Source: an uncultured Gammaproteobacteria bacterium
GTDB taxonomy: Bacteria > Patescibacteriota > Patescibacteriia > UBA9934
DNA: 64,000 bases
Direction: 5' to 3'
NCBI GenBank assembly: GCA_964414795.1
Contig: CAYPWV010000005.1
Span: 4,336 to 68,335 of the forward strand
Below the pieces are notes generated by a model. It saw only the letters and a list, made by a program, of their open reading frames with translations. It made no database searches and had not been told where the DNA came from. Positions 1 through 10,112 of this stretch are shown one piece after another. Made by a program: the position numbers and the translations under genes. The first letter of the stretch is position 1; each line of letters opens with the position of its first letter.

Positions 1-2137
1 CTTCAATAATTTCAATCTTTCCCGGAACTTCAGGAAGACCGGACATGCTCCACGAGTAACCCATTTTCGTTGCGTACGCAAAACCAAGATCTTTGAGTTC
101 ATCCAAAATATCTGCAGTGTATTCCTGGCCGTAGTATTCAAGAACATCACGAATAATGTTTGCAATTTCCTTTTTACCAATCACTTTGTTTTGGAAACCA
201 ATTTTTTCTGGGAACTTTTGATTCACGATAATACGACCCGCAGTAGTAACCACACGTTCACCGTTCATGGTAACGCGAATCCATTCTTGGTACGTAATCG
301 CTTGCTGAGAAAGCGCGTAGAGCGCATCCGTTGCACTAGCAAAAGAACGCATCTTCTTTTCGTCAGGTTCGGTAAAGGTCATCGTAAGGTAGAACGATGC
401 CCATGCAATATCTTTACCCGCCGTTGCAACCGGTCCACCAAACGAAGGCTTCAGCAAGTTACGAATAGAAAGCATGATGTTCTCTGCTTCCCAACGTGCT
501 TCTGCCGTAAGCGGAACGTGCACGGCCATCTGGTCTCCGTCGAAGTCTGCGTTATACGCTTCACACACCAAAGGATGAATCTGGAGTGCCTTTCCTTCAA
601 TAAGCTTGGGACGGAATGCCTGAATACCCAAACGGTGCAGCGTTGGTGCGCGGTTGAGCAGCACATAACTATCACGCGTTACTTCTTCTAAGATATCCCA
701 CACTTCAGGGCGATCGCTTTCAATAAAACGATTTGCAGAACGAATATTGTGCACGTATTCACGCGCAATAAGCTTTGAAATAACAAATGGACGGAACAAT
801 TCAAGCGCCATTTTCTTAGGAATACCACATTCCGAAAGCTTGAGGTGCGGACCAACCACAATAACCGAACGTCCGGAATAATCGATACGCTTACCAAGCA
901 AGTTCTGGCGGAAACGACCCTGTTTACCCTTCAAAAAGTCTGCAAGAGACTTAAGCTGACGTTTTTTACCCGTTGCCGCAAGCACCGTTTTTGATTGACG
1001 TGCGGAGTTGTCGATAAGCGAATCAACCGCTTCTTGCAACATGCGCTTTTCGTTACGCGTAATAACTTCAGGAGCGTTCAGCGCAAACAAACGACGCAAA
1101 CGATTGTTACGGTTAATAACACGACGGTACAAATCGTTAAGATCAGACGTTGCAAAACGTCCTCCATCAAGCGGAACCATCGGACGTAAATCAGGAGGGA
1201 TAACGGGAAGTACGCGCAAAATCATCCATCCTGGTGCAACCTCATTTTTTTGCAGCGCACGGAAAAGCTTGAGGCGGCGCATGATGCGATCAGCCTTTGC
1301 TTTAGAAGACGTGCTTTCAAGTTCTTCGGTGAGTTTGATGATGGTGTCAGCAACGTTGATGCGGTCGAGCAATTTAATAATCGCTTCTGCGCCAATGCCC
1401 GCATCAAACATGTGTCCATAGCGCATGGACCAGTCGTGATACGTTACTTCGGAAATAATACGAAGAGGAGCAATTTCCTTAAGATCTTTATCGACTTGGA
1501 TAAAATCTTTTTCAAGCTCATCAAGCTTTTCTGCGGTCATTGCTTCAATGCGTGCAAGTTCCTTTTTCAAATCAGCCTTTTTATCAGCCATGCTTTCTTC
1601 TGCACGCTGCTCATCACGCTTACGCTCGCCTTCAATGGTACGCTTTTTTGCTTTATATTCTTCGCGTACTTGTTCAATGGTCATTTGGCGTGCCTCTTCG
1701 TTCACATCCGTAATAATGAACGCACCAAAGTACACCACCTTTTCAAGCTGCTGCACACCCAAATCAAGCATCAAACCAACTTTTGAAGGCACACCGCGCA
1801 AGAACCAAATGTGCGTTACCGGAGCCGCGAGTTCAATGTGTCCCATGCGCTCACGACGCACCGAGGATTGCGTTACTTCAACGCCACATTTGTCACAAAT
1901 AATACCCTTGTACCGAATTTTTTTATATTTTCCACAATAACATTCCCAATCTTTGGAAGGTCCAAAAATTTCTTCAGCGAACAAACCCTGTTTCTCGGGC
2001 TTTTGGGTACGGTAGTTAATCGTTTCTGGCTTGGTAATTTCACCGTACGACCAAGAACGAATCACATCCGGAGATGCGAGCTTGAGACGAATAGCATCAA
2101 AGTCAGTGGACTTGAGCGTTTCAAATTTCATTGCCAT
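1..2137 (-). CDS. rpoC: DNA-directed RNA polymerase beta' subunit (3' part runs off the window)
   Basis: The minus-strand frame from ATG 2137 encodes the N-terminal zinc-finger region ([11 protein letters not shown]), [23 protein letters not shown] and the catalytic NADFDGD motif. It follows rpoB directly. Confidence 0.98.
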   Translation of the reverse strand, partial: [712 protein letters not shown]

Positions 2138-2149
2138 AGATGATCGTGG

Positions 2150-5100
2150 TTATGGGCGACGTGGCACATTGCCATCACCAAGTTCTACTTTTTTATTGTG
2201 CTTGAGGAGCTCTACGTCCAAACCAAGACCTTTCAATTCGCGAATAAGCACATTGAACGATTCGGGAATATTCACCTTCACAATAGGCTCTCCTTTGATG
2301 ATAGACTCGTATGCCTTTGCACGACCCGGAACGTCATCGGATTTAATAGTGAGAATTTCTTGCAGCATGTGTGAAGCACCGTATGCCTGCAAAGCCCACA
2401 CTTCCATTTCACCAAAACGCTGTCCACCAAATTGTGCCTTACCTCCGAGTGGCTGCTGCGTAATAAGCGAGTACGGACCAATAGAACGTGAGTGCATTTT
2501 ATCTTCAACCATGTGGTTAAGCTTGAGCATGTACATGATTCCCACGGTCACTGGATTTTCAAATGCTTCACCCGATTTACCGTCATACAGCTCAACCTGT
2601 CCGGTATCAGGGAATCCTGCTTTTACCAATTCTTCCTTAATGGCGTGATCAGGAGCACCCGCAAATACCGGCGTTGCAACGCGGTAGCCAAGTTTTTGCG
2701 CCGCAAGTCCAAGGTGCACCTCTAAAATCTGACCAAGGTTCATACGAGAAACCACACCAAGCGGTGTAAGGATCACATCAACCGGACGACCATCGTCCAT
2801 GAACGGCATGTCTTCAATAGGAACAACGATAGAAACAACACCCTTGTTTCCGTGACGTCCTGCAACCTTATCTCCCGCTTGCAATTTACGAAGATCGGCA
2901 ATAGTTACTTGAATGGTTTTCATCACGCCCGGAGGAAGGTTATCTCCTTCTTCGCGAGAAAAAATCTTTACATCAACCACCTTTCCTTTGCGACCATGTT
3001 CAAGATACAACGAAGAATCGCGCACTTCGCGGGCTTTTTCGCCGAAAATGGCACGAAGCAATTTTTCTTCGGGAGAAAGTTCGGTTTCGCCCTTTGGGGT
3101 AATTTTACCCACCAAAATGTCTCCACTCTTTACTTCAGCGCCTACACGAATAATACCCTCTGCATCAAGATGCTTAAGCTTTTCTTCAGAAACGTTAGGA
3201 ATGTCGGACGTAACTACTTCAACACCCAGCTTGGTATCACGCACATCAAGCGAAAGATGCTCCAAGTGAATGGTAGTAAAACGATCTTGCTGCACCACGC
3301 GTTCAGAAACGATCACCGCATCTTCATAGTTGTAGCCATGCCAACTCATGAAAGCAACAAGCATGTTTTGACCAAGCGCAAGTTCGCCTTGCGAAACCGA
3401 AGGGCCATCCGCAAGTGCATCACCTGCCTTTACCTGTTGCCCAGGAAAAACCGTTGGGCGCTCGGTAATTGCGGTGGAGTTGTTTGAGCGAAGATATTTG
3501 TTGAGCTTATAAGTTTTTTCACCCAAGGTTTTGTAACCCATGGTCACTTTAATACCATCAGAAGCAACAACCGTACCCGCATCTTCTGCCAACAACACGT
3601 GACCGGAATCTCGTGCCGCACGATACTCAACACCCGTTCCCACAAGAGGAGCTTGCGGACGAATGGTAGGAACTGCCTGACGTTGCATGTTCGTTCCCAT
3701 GAGTGCACGCGTTGCGTCGTCGTGCTCAAGGAAAGGAATAAGTGAAGTACCGATAGAGATGATTTGGTTTGATGCAACGTCCATGTACGTTACCTCGGAA
3801 GCAGCAACCAATTTTGGCTTGCCGTAACGACGCGCTTCAACATAGTCATCAACAATATATCCCCTATCATCTAAACGAATGGTTGCAGGGCACGTAACAT
3901 TCTTTTCTTCGGTAAATGCATCCAAATACACAATCTCATCTGTTGCACGCGCACGCCCTTTTTCTTGCACAACTTTGCGATAAGGAGCCTCGATAAAGCC
4001 AAACGGATTCACGCGTGCGTAGCTTGCAAGGTGACCCACCAAACCAATGTTTGGACCTTCTGGAGTAGCAATAGGACAAATGCGTCCGTAGTGCGTAGTG
4101 TGCACATCGCGTACTTCAAAACCTGCACGCTCACGAGAAAGACCACCCGGACCCATAGCCGACAACCGACGCTTGTGCTCAAGCTCAGCAAGAGGATTTG
4201 TTTGATCCATGAACTGCGAGAGCTGGGATGACATGAAAAACTCACGCACCACGCCGATAACCGGACGCGCATTGATCAGTTTTCCCGGCGTAAGACTATC
4301 GATATCCTGCGTGGACATGCGATCCTTTACAATGCGCTCCATACGTGCCAAGCCAATACGCAAACGTGCTTGAAGCAATTCACCCACCGAACGAATACGA
4401 CGGTTACCCAAGTGATCAACATCATCTGGCTCGTGCTGCTCAATGTTCAAACGAATAATTTCACTCACGATGTTCACCAAATCTTGGCGTGCAAGAATAC
4501 GATTTTCTTCAACATGCACACCTTCTTCGGAATTTTGAATGCCAAAACGAATATTAAATTTATAACGGCCTACCGGACCAAGATCGTACCGATCAAAATT
4601 GAAGAACATCGCATGAATAAGCGAACGCGCATTGTCTGCAGTTGCAAGATCACCCGGACGAACACGCTTGTACACTTCGCGCAAACCTTCTTCTTCGCTT
4701 GTAGAAATATCTTTTTGCAAAGTGGATTCGATGTAACTAATAGAAGGATGAATATCAACATCTTTAAACAAGGCAAGAATTTCTTCATTAGTGTTAAATC
4801 CAAATGCACGCAAAAGTGCAGTAATAGCCACCTTACGCTTACGATCAATTTTTACCCAAATAACATTCTTCGCATCGGTTTCAAGCTCAAGCCATGCACC
4901 ACGGTTAGGAATAATTTTTGCTCCGTAGTGACGGCGACCGCGCACCGTTTCTGCAGTAAAAAATGCACCCGCGGAACGCACAAGCTGAGAAACCACCACA
5001 CGCTCAACGCCGTTAACGATAAACGTTCCCCGAGGAGTCATGACCGGAAAATCGCCCAAGTAAATTTCTTGTTCTTTTGTTTCATTGGTACGCAAATTCT

Positions 5101-5431
5101 TTAAGCGCGCCTTTACACGCATGGGAGCCTCAAATGTAACGTTTTTCAAACGGCTCGTAAGCTCATCAAATTTTGGATCATCCAAATAGTACTCACCAAA
5201 GGAAAGCTCAAGATCACGACCAATAAAGTCGCGAATAGGAGAAACTTCGTCAAAAAGCTCACGAACGCCTTGCTCCAAAAACCAGGCATAAGATGCTTTT
5301 TGTGCCGCAATAAGATCGGGGAGATCTGCAGCGGTATTGACGTGCTCAAAAAGCTTACGAGGAGCATGAACAGCAACAGAAGAAGGGGTAGTGTCTACCG
5401 CGTTCTTCTTGGAAGAAAGTGCTTTCGCCAT
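2150..5431 (-). CDS. rpoB: DNA-directed RNA polymerase beta subunit
   Basis: Motifs include GDKVAGRHGNKG, GGQRFGEMEVW and the rifampicin region SQFMDQTNPLAELEHKRR. Start taken at MAKALS; the ORF track extends to 5461. Confidence 0.98.
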   Translation of the reverse strand: MAKALSSKKNAVDTTPSSVAVHAPRKLFEHVNTAADLPDLIAAQKASYAWFLEQGVRELFDEVSPIRDFIGRDLELSFGEYYLDDPKFDELTSRLKNVTFEAPMRVKARLKNLRTNETKEQEIYLGDFPVMTPRGTFIVNGVERVVVSQLVRSAGAFFTAETVRGRRHYGAKIIPNRGAWLELETDAKNVIWVKIDRKRKVAITALLRAFGFNTNEEILALFKDVDIHPSISYIESTLQKDISTSEEEGLREVYKRVRPGDLATADNARSLIHAMFFNFDRYDLGPVGRYKFNIRFGIQNSEEGVHVEENRILARQDLVNIVSEIIRLNIEQHEPDDVDHLGNRRIRSVGELLQARLRIGLARMERIVKDRMSTQDIDSLTPGKLINARPVIGVVREFFMSSQLSQFMDQTNPLAELEHKRRLSAMGPGGLSRERAGFEVRDVHTTHYGRICPIATPEGPNIGLVGHLASYARVNPFGFIEAPYRKVVQEKGRARATDEIVYLDAFTEEKNVTCPATIRLDDRGYIVDDYVEARRYGKPKLVAASEVTYMDVASNQIISIGTSLIPFLEHDDATRALMGTNMQRQAVPTIRPQAPLVGTGVEYRAARDSGHVLLAEDAGTVVASDGIKVTMGYKTLGEKTYKLNKYLRSNNSTAITERPTVFPGQQVKAGDALADGPSVSQGELALGQNMLVAFMSWHGYNYEDAVIVSERVVQQDRFTTIHLEHLSLDVRDTKLGVEVVTSDIPNVSEEKLKHLDAEGIIRVGAEVKSGDILVGKITPKGETELSPEEKLLRAIFGEKAREVRDSSLYLEHGRKGKVVDVKIFSREEGDNLPPGVMKTIQVTIADLRKLQAGDKVAGRHGNKGVVSIVVPIEDMPFMDDGRPVDVILTPLGVVSRMNLGQILEVHLGLAAQKLGYRVATPVFAGAPDHAIKEELVKAGFPDTGQVELYDGKSGEAFENPVTVGIMYMLKLNHMVEDKMHSRSIGPYSLITQQPLGGKAQFGGQRFGEMEVWALQAYGASHMLQEILTIKSDDVPGRAKAYESIIKGEPIVKVNIPESFNVLIRELKGLGLDVELLKHNKKVELGDGNVPRRP

Positions 5432-5747
5432 ACGCATCAATACCGATTGCCAAAAACGCAAAAGGCACCTTGCTGGAGCAAGATGTCTTTAACGAACGAG
5501 CTCGTTTTGGGCTGCGGCCGCAACAAAGGAATAAATTCCGCTTGTAACAGCGCACATTTGGCTATTCGGCATGCCAAACGAGTCAAGAATTTTAGTCACA
5601 AAAGTATAACAGATGGAAAGTGCAGGCGTCAAATACACCCTTCACCCACCAAATATGCAGGACAAGAACACAAACACGAGTTAGAAAAAGCCAAGAGATC
5701 CTGGCAACGTTTGGTCTTACCCCGCAATATCGGTGGACGAAGAGAAC

Positions 5748-5777
5748 GGTACCTCCTGAGAATACTCAGGAGGTACC
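5748..5777. terminator. Perfect 13-bp hairpin downstream of recA
   Basis: GGTACCTCCTGAG-AATA-CTCAGGAGGTACC lies 11 nt after the recA stop. There is no strong U-tract. Confidence 0.6.
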
Positions 5778-5788
5778 AATCTGACAAG

Positions 5789-6865
5789 CTATTCAGTCAC
5801 CGCATCAGGAGCATTTTCGGCCGGATCTTCCGCAGGCTTTTTAACAGGAGGAAGTCCATCTTCTTCTATTTGCTTTGCCTGAACCCGCACGGCATCGGAA
5901 ATCTTGGCAAAAAGCTCTGAATGTTCTTTGAGATATGTTTTTGCAGCCTCGCGTCCCACACCAATTTTTTCTTCACCAAATCCGTAAGAATTACCACGTT
6001 TTTCAATAACTCCCAGCGCAACACCCAAATCGAGCACATCTCCCGTTAAAGAAATGCCTTCGTTATACATGATATCGAACTCGGCCGTACGGAACGGAGG
6101 CGCGACTTTATTTTTTACGACTTTTACTTTAACACGATTTCCAATAATCTTTTCTCCTTGCTTAATTTGCGCACTCCGACGAATTTCTACACGAACAGAC
6201 GCATAAAACTTGAGCGCATTTCCTCCCGGCGTGGTTTCGGGATTTCCAAACATCACGCCGATTTTCATACGGATTTGATTAATAAAGATAACAACCGTTC
6301 CTGATTTGGAAACGATAGGCGTAAGCTTGCGAAGCGCCTGACTCATAAGACGAGCCTGCAACCCCATATGCTGATCTCCCATTTCCCCTTCAATTTCCGC
6401 CTTAGGAACAAGCGCGGCAACAGAATCGATAACAATAACATCGATTGCGTTTGAACGAACGAGGGTTTCGACAATTTCTAATGCTTGTTCCCCACTGTCT
6501 GGCTGGGAAATGATAAGATCTTCAACTTTAATACCAATTCTTCGGGCGTAATCAGGATCAAGCGCATGCTCAGCATCTACAAAAGCTGCCACACCTCCTT
6601 TTTTTTGCACTTCGGCAACGATGTGCTGCGCAAGTGTTGTTTTACCCGAAGATTCTGGACCATAAATTTCTATAACCCGACCACGAGGAACTCCACCAAC
6701 ACCCAATGCTAAATCGATAGAGAGACATCCCGTAGTAATAGAATCAACATTGGTAGATTTTGCCTCACCAAAACGCATGATACTTCCCTCACCAAAACGT
6801 TCCTTAATTTGCTCCATTGCTTGCGCCGCAGCAGCAAGACGCGGATTAACCTGTGTTTTTGCCAT
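5789..6865 (-). CDS. recA: Recombinase RecA
   Basis: Walker [24 protein letters not shown] and [12 protein letters not shown]. Confidence 0.99.
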   Translation of the reverse strand: MAKTQVNPRLAAAAQAMEQIKERFGEGSIMRFGEAKSTNVDSITTGCLSIDLALGVGGVPRGRVIEIYGPESSGKTTLAQHIVAEVQKKGGVAAFVDAEHALDPDYARRIGIKVEDLIISQPDSGEQALEIVETLVRSNAIDVIVIDSVAALVPKAEIEGEMGDQHMGLQARLMSQALRKLTPIVSKSGTVVIFINQIRMKIGVMFGNPETTPGGNALKFYASVRVEIRRSAQIKQGEKIIGNRVKVKVVKNKVAPPFRTAEFDIMYNEGISLTGDVLDLGVALGVIEKRGNSYGFGEEKIGVGREAAKTYLKEHSELFAKISDAVRVQAKQIEEDGLPPVKKPAEDPAENAPDAVTE

Positions 6866-6919
6866 AATGTTGTATAACGAAATGAATAAAGAAAATTTTT
6901 GTACGAGATGATAAAGAGT

Positions 6920-6937
6920 GCGAACAAAAACCGAACA
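6920..6937 (-). promoter_or_regulatory. Putative SOS-type operator (GTTC-N7-GTTC) upstream of recA
   Basis: TGTTCGGTTTTTGTTCGC on the minus strand is 16/18 identical to a site upstream of rmuC (36725-36742). Confidence 0.6.
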
Positions 6938-6969
6938 TAAGTGTATCCTACTTTTTCTTTTTCTTCTCC

Positions 6970-7665
6970 TTATTCTCGTAACTTATCCACATCCGCCGGC
7001 TGATATACCACAATTCGCTCATCACTAAACGCAGAAGAGTACCGAGAACGTGCAGAAATAAAAAGGCGATTCGGACCTACTTGCAAAGGCACTTCTAAAG
7101 AAAAAGCCCCCTCAGGCGACAAAGGAACCATTTGATCATTAATACGAATGGAAATATTCGTATCATCCGCCGATCCGGTTACAACAACATAAGGGACACC
7201 TACAATGGATTCTTCAAGAGGAGCAACAACGTGAAGCGTGGGCGGAAGAAAACCTACGTAAATACGAGAACACAGCCAAAAAACACCCAAGAAAAAAACA
7301 AACGCAATAAAACTTCCCGTAAAAATTTGCGGAAGAGAAAGGAAAAGAAATCGGCGAGCACGGGTACGAGGAAGTCGGTGAGGAGCGAGGAGATCGGAAC
7401 GCGCAACCTCAAGCGAAAAAAGTTCGAGAAAATAGGTTTCATCTGCACCAAGATACCGGGCATACGCGCGAATAAAGTTTCGCGTATACAGCGGATCAGG
7501 AAGCTCGTGATACCTTCCCCACTCAAGCGCCTCCAAGTAACTACGTTGAATACGTGTTGCTGCAACAATCATATCCATGGTAACCGCCTGCGTGCGTCGC
7601 AAAAGACGCAAACGCTCGCCGAGCGTTTGCGCCTCACTTTCTAAAGGACGACGTACAAAAACCAT
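6970..7665 (-). CDS. RodZ-like membrane protein (N-terminal HTH, one TM helix, C-terminal Ig-like domain)
   Basis: The sequence LGERLRLLR...YLEALEWG...[14 protein letters not shown] is typical of the RodZ HTH. It lies downstream of ftsK. Confidence 0.8.
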   Translation of the reverse strand: MVFVRRPLESEAQTLGERLRLLRRTQAVTMDMIVAATRIQRSYLEALEWGRYHELPDPLYTRNFIRAYARYLGADETYFLELFSLEVARSDLLAPHRLPRTRARRFLFLSLPQIFTGSFIAFVFFLGVFWLCSRIYVGFLPPTLHVVAPLEESIVGVPYVVVTGSADDTNISIRINDQMVPLSPEGAFSLEVPLQVGPNRLFISARSRYSSAFSDERIVVYQPADVDKLRE

Positions 7666-7689
7666 ACGCCTGTGGTTGTACCTTTCTTT

Positions 7690-10062
7690 TTACTTTTTCA
7701 CGATATCTTCGTCCACATCTTCGTCGATTTCGTCGTCATGATCATTATCGCGAGACGCCATAAATGGCGTCTCTACGTCCTCATCCTGATCACCATCAGG
7801 GGGCGGAAGGTGTTCCGCCCCTGCGTCATCATTATCGTATTCTTCCATACTCGACCCATGCGGCGGCCAGGATGTCACCAGCACCTCACGGGGCTTTGCA
7901 CCATCCGAAGGACCGACAACTCCCATCTCTTCGAGAAGATCAAGGATACGCGCTGCTCGCGAATAGCCAATCTTCATGCGACGCTGTAGATACGACGTTG
8001 AAAGATGCCCTGCATCAATAGCAATTTGAATAGCCTCTTCAAGAAGCGGATCAGCATCATCTCCTCCCAAAGAAACGCCTCCACTATTGTCACCTTTTCC
8101 TCCTTCAATAATTTGATAATTATAATCCGGCGTACTTTCTTTTTTAAGAAAAGAAACGACGTTTTCAATCTCTTCTTCTGAAATAAAAGCGCCTTGAATA
8201 CGCTTGGGTTTACTCAGCTCAGCATTTGAAAGCAACATGTCACCACGACCAAGCAATTTATCCGCACCTGCAACGTCAAGAATCGTTTTCGAATCAACTT
8301 GTGAAGCAACCGCAAACGCCAAACGCGTAGGAATATTTGCCTTAATGGTTCCGGTAATAACATCCACCGACGGACGCTGCGTTGCAAGAATAAGATGGAT
8401 GCCCGCCGCACGCGCCATTTGCGCAATACGCACCACCGTTGCTTCAACATCGCGCTTGTTTTGAATCATTAAATCCGCCAACTCATCGATAATGATAATA
8501 ATGCGCGGCATCTTTTCGGAAGACTTTGCATTATAGGAATCAATATCTTTTGCATTAAACTTCGCCAAATAATCAAGACGTCGTTCCATTTCCCGCACAC
8601 CCCACTTAAGCGCATTCACCGCCTCTTCTGCTTTCACAATAGGCGGCACCAAAAGATGCGGAATACCCGCATACACGCCCAATTCTACGCGCTTCGGATC
8701 AACCATGATGAATTTCAAATCATCCGGACCGTTTTGATACAGAAGCGAAATGATCATGGTATTTAAACACACCGACTTTCCACTTCCCGTTGCACCTGCA
8801 ACGAGCATGTGCGGCGCACGCTCCACTTGCAAAAGGGGAACGCTTCCCGAAATATCACGCCCGAGCGGAACAGAATATTGCGACTTTCTCTTTTCAAAAT
8901 CTGGCGACTCAATAAGCTCACGCAGCGTAACGCGCGCCACCGTTTGGTTAGGCACTTCAACACCCACTAATGCCTTTCCTGGGATAGGCGCTTCAATACG
9001 AATAGGATGCGCAGCAAGCGCAAGAGCAAGATCGTTTTGCAAAGCAATAACCCGCGCAAGCTTCACTCCTTGTGCCGGACGAAATGCGTATTGCGTAACC
9101 GTTGGCCCCACACGCACTTCGCTCATTTCTACATCAATACCAAACTGTCGCAATGTTTTCGCGATAATTTCCTGATTGCGTGTAATATCTCCCGGCTTTG
9201 CTTCGCTCCGACGATTATCAAGAAGATCGAGTGGAATATCTACCGTGCGACGAGGTTCGCTTGAGGTAATAACCTGTTCCCCCTCCTTTTTGGCCGATTG
9301 CATCATTTGAAATACCTTTACAGCCTTTGCGGATTTTTCTTCTTCTGCGGATTCGTTGTCTCCGTCGTCATTATCCTTGTCGCGATCACGAGACGCCATG
9401 AATGGCGTCTCTACGTCTTCATCTTCGTTCTCATCTTGTTCTTTTTGGACGGATGCATTGGTCGATCCCTTTTTTGGCTTACCCTCTTCGTCGTAACGCA
9501 CAACTTTCGCAGTTGCGAGAGACTCTTTTGTGGAACGCAGCACATCAAATAACGGCGCAAGCATCACCCCGAGAGGAATATTCGTAATGCCGATAACGCC
9601 CACAACCATCGCAACAAGCGCTAAAAAGCCCGCAACTAAACCGCCAAATGCTCCCGCAACCCACGAACCAAACACAAGCCCAAACACTCCACCCGCATGA
9701 CGAAGCGCCTCATCAGTAACCGTTCGCACAAAGAGCACGTGCAAAAGACCGGTTACACCAAGCGTAATCGCCGTTGCCGACAACAACGTGCGCAGCGACA
9801 AAAAGCGACGATCGCCTAAAATCATGTCTGTTCCAATACCCAAAAGTAACAACGGAAAAACAATGCGCCCCATCCCTGCACCAGAAGCAAGGGCGTTATC
9901 AATACTATCTCCCGCAGAACCCGCAAGCCCCACCATCGCCAAAAGCATCACCACGCCAAGCGCAATAACAATCACCGCAAGAATACTAGAAAGAATCCCC
10001 CCACCTCCTTCATCAAAGGCATATTCCTCCTCTTCGTACTTTTTTGCTTTTCGCTTTGCCAT
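7690..10062 (-). CDS. ftsK: DNA translocase FtsK
   Basis: N-terminal TM helices, HMLVAGATGSGKS, IDELADLM, ARAAGIHLILATQRPS and the gamma domain LQRRMKIGYSRAARI. Confidence 0.97.
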   Translation of the reverse strand: MAKRKAKKYEEEEYAFDEGGGGILSSILAVIVIALGVVMLLAMVGLAGSAGDSIDNALASGAGMGRIVFPLLLLGIGTDMILGDRRFLSLRTLLSATAITLGVTGLLHVLFVRTVTDEALRHAGGVFGLVFGSWVAGAFGGLVAGFLALVAMVVGVIGITNIPLGVMLAPLFDVLRSTKESLATAKVVRYDEEGKPKKGSTNASVQKEQDENEDEDVETPFMASRDRDKDNDDGDNESAEEEKSAKAVKVFQMMQSAKKEGEQVITSSEPRRTVDIPLDLLDNRRSEAKPGDITRNQEIIAKTLRQFGIDVEMSEVRVGPTVTQYAFRPAQGVKLARVIALQNDLALALAAHPIRIEAPIPGKALVGVEVPNQTVARVTLRELIESPDFEKRKSQYSVPLGRDISGSVPLLQVERAPHMLVAGATGSGKSVCLNTMIISLLYQNGPDDLKFIMVDPKRVELGVYAGIPHLLVPPIVKAEEAVNALKWGVREMERRLDYLAKFNAKDIDSYNAKSSEKMPRIIIIIDELADLMIQNKRDVEATVVRIAQMARAAGIHLILATQRPSVDVITGTIKANIPTRLAFAVASQVDSKTILDVAGADKLLGRGDMLLSNAELSKPKRIQGAFISEEEIENVVSFLKKESTPDYNYQIIEGGKGDNSGGVSLGGDDADPLLEEAIQIAIDAGHLSTSYLQRRMKIGYSRAARILDLLEEMGVVGPSDGAKPREVLVTSWPPHGSSMEEYDNDDAGAEHLPPPDGDQDEDVETPFMASRDNDHDDEIDEDVDEDIVKK
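7752..7824 (-). repeat. Two REP-like palindromes inside the ftsK 3' end
   Basis: GTAGAGACGCCATTTATGGCGTCTC (7752-7776, encodes VETPFMAS) and GCAGGGGCGGAACACCTTCCGCCCCCTG (7797-7824, encodes AGAEHLPPP). Confidence 0.8.
9390..9414 (-). repeat. REP-like palindrome inside the ftsK linker
   Basis: GTAGAGACGCCATTCATGGCGTCTC encodes VETPFMAS, the second copy in this gene. Confidence 0.8.
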
Positions 10063-10112
10063 ATACGTTCAACATTGTAGCAAAGTATGAAAATCGCTAC
10101 ATATGAACCAAT

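Noticed and set aside
191-5920. Many long plus-strand ORFs opposite rpoC, rpoB and recA, and similar ones opposite polA, pnp and the surface genes
   Set aside because: These are antisense shadows of real genes with no recognisable motifs.
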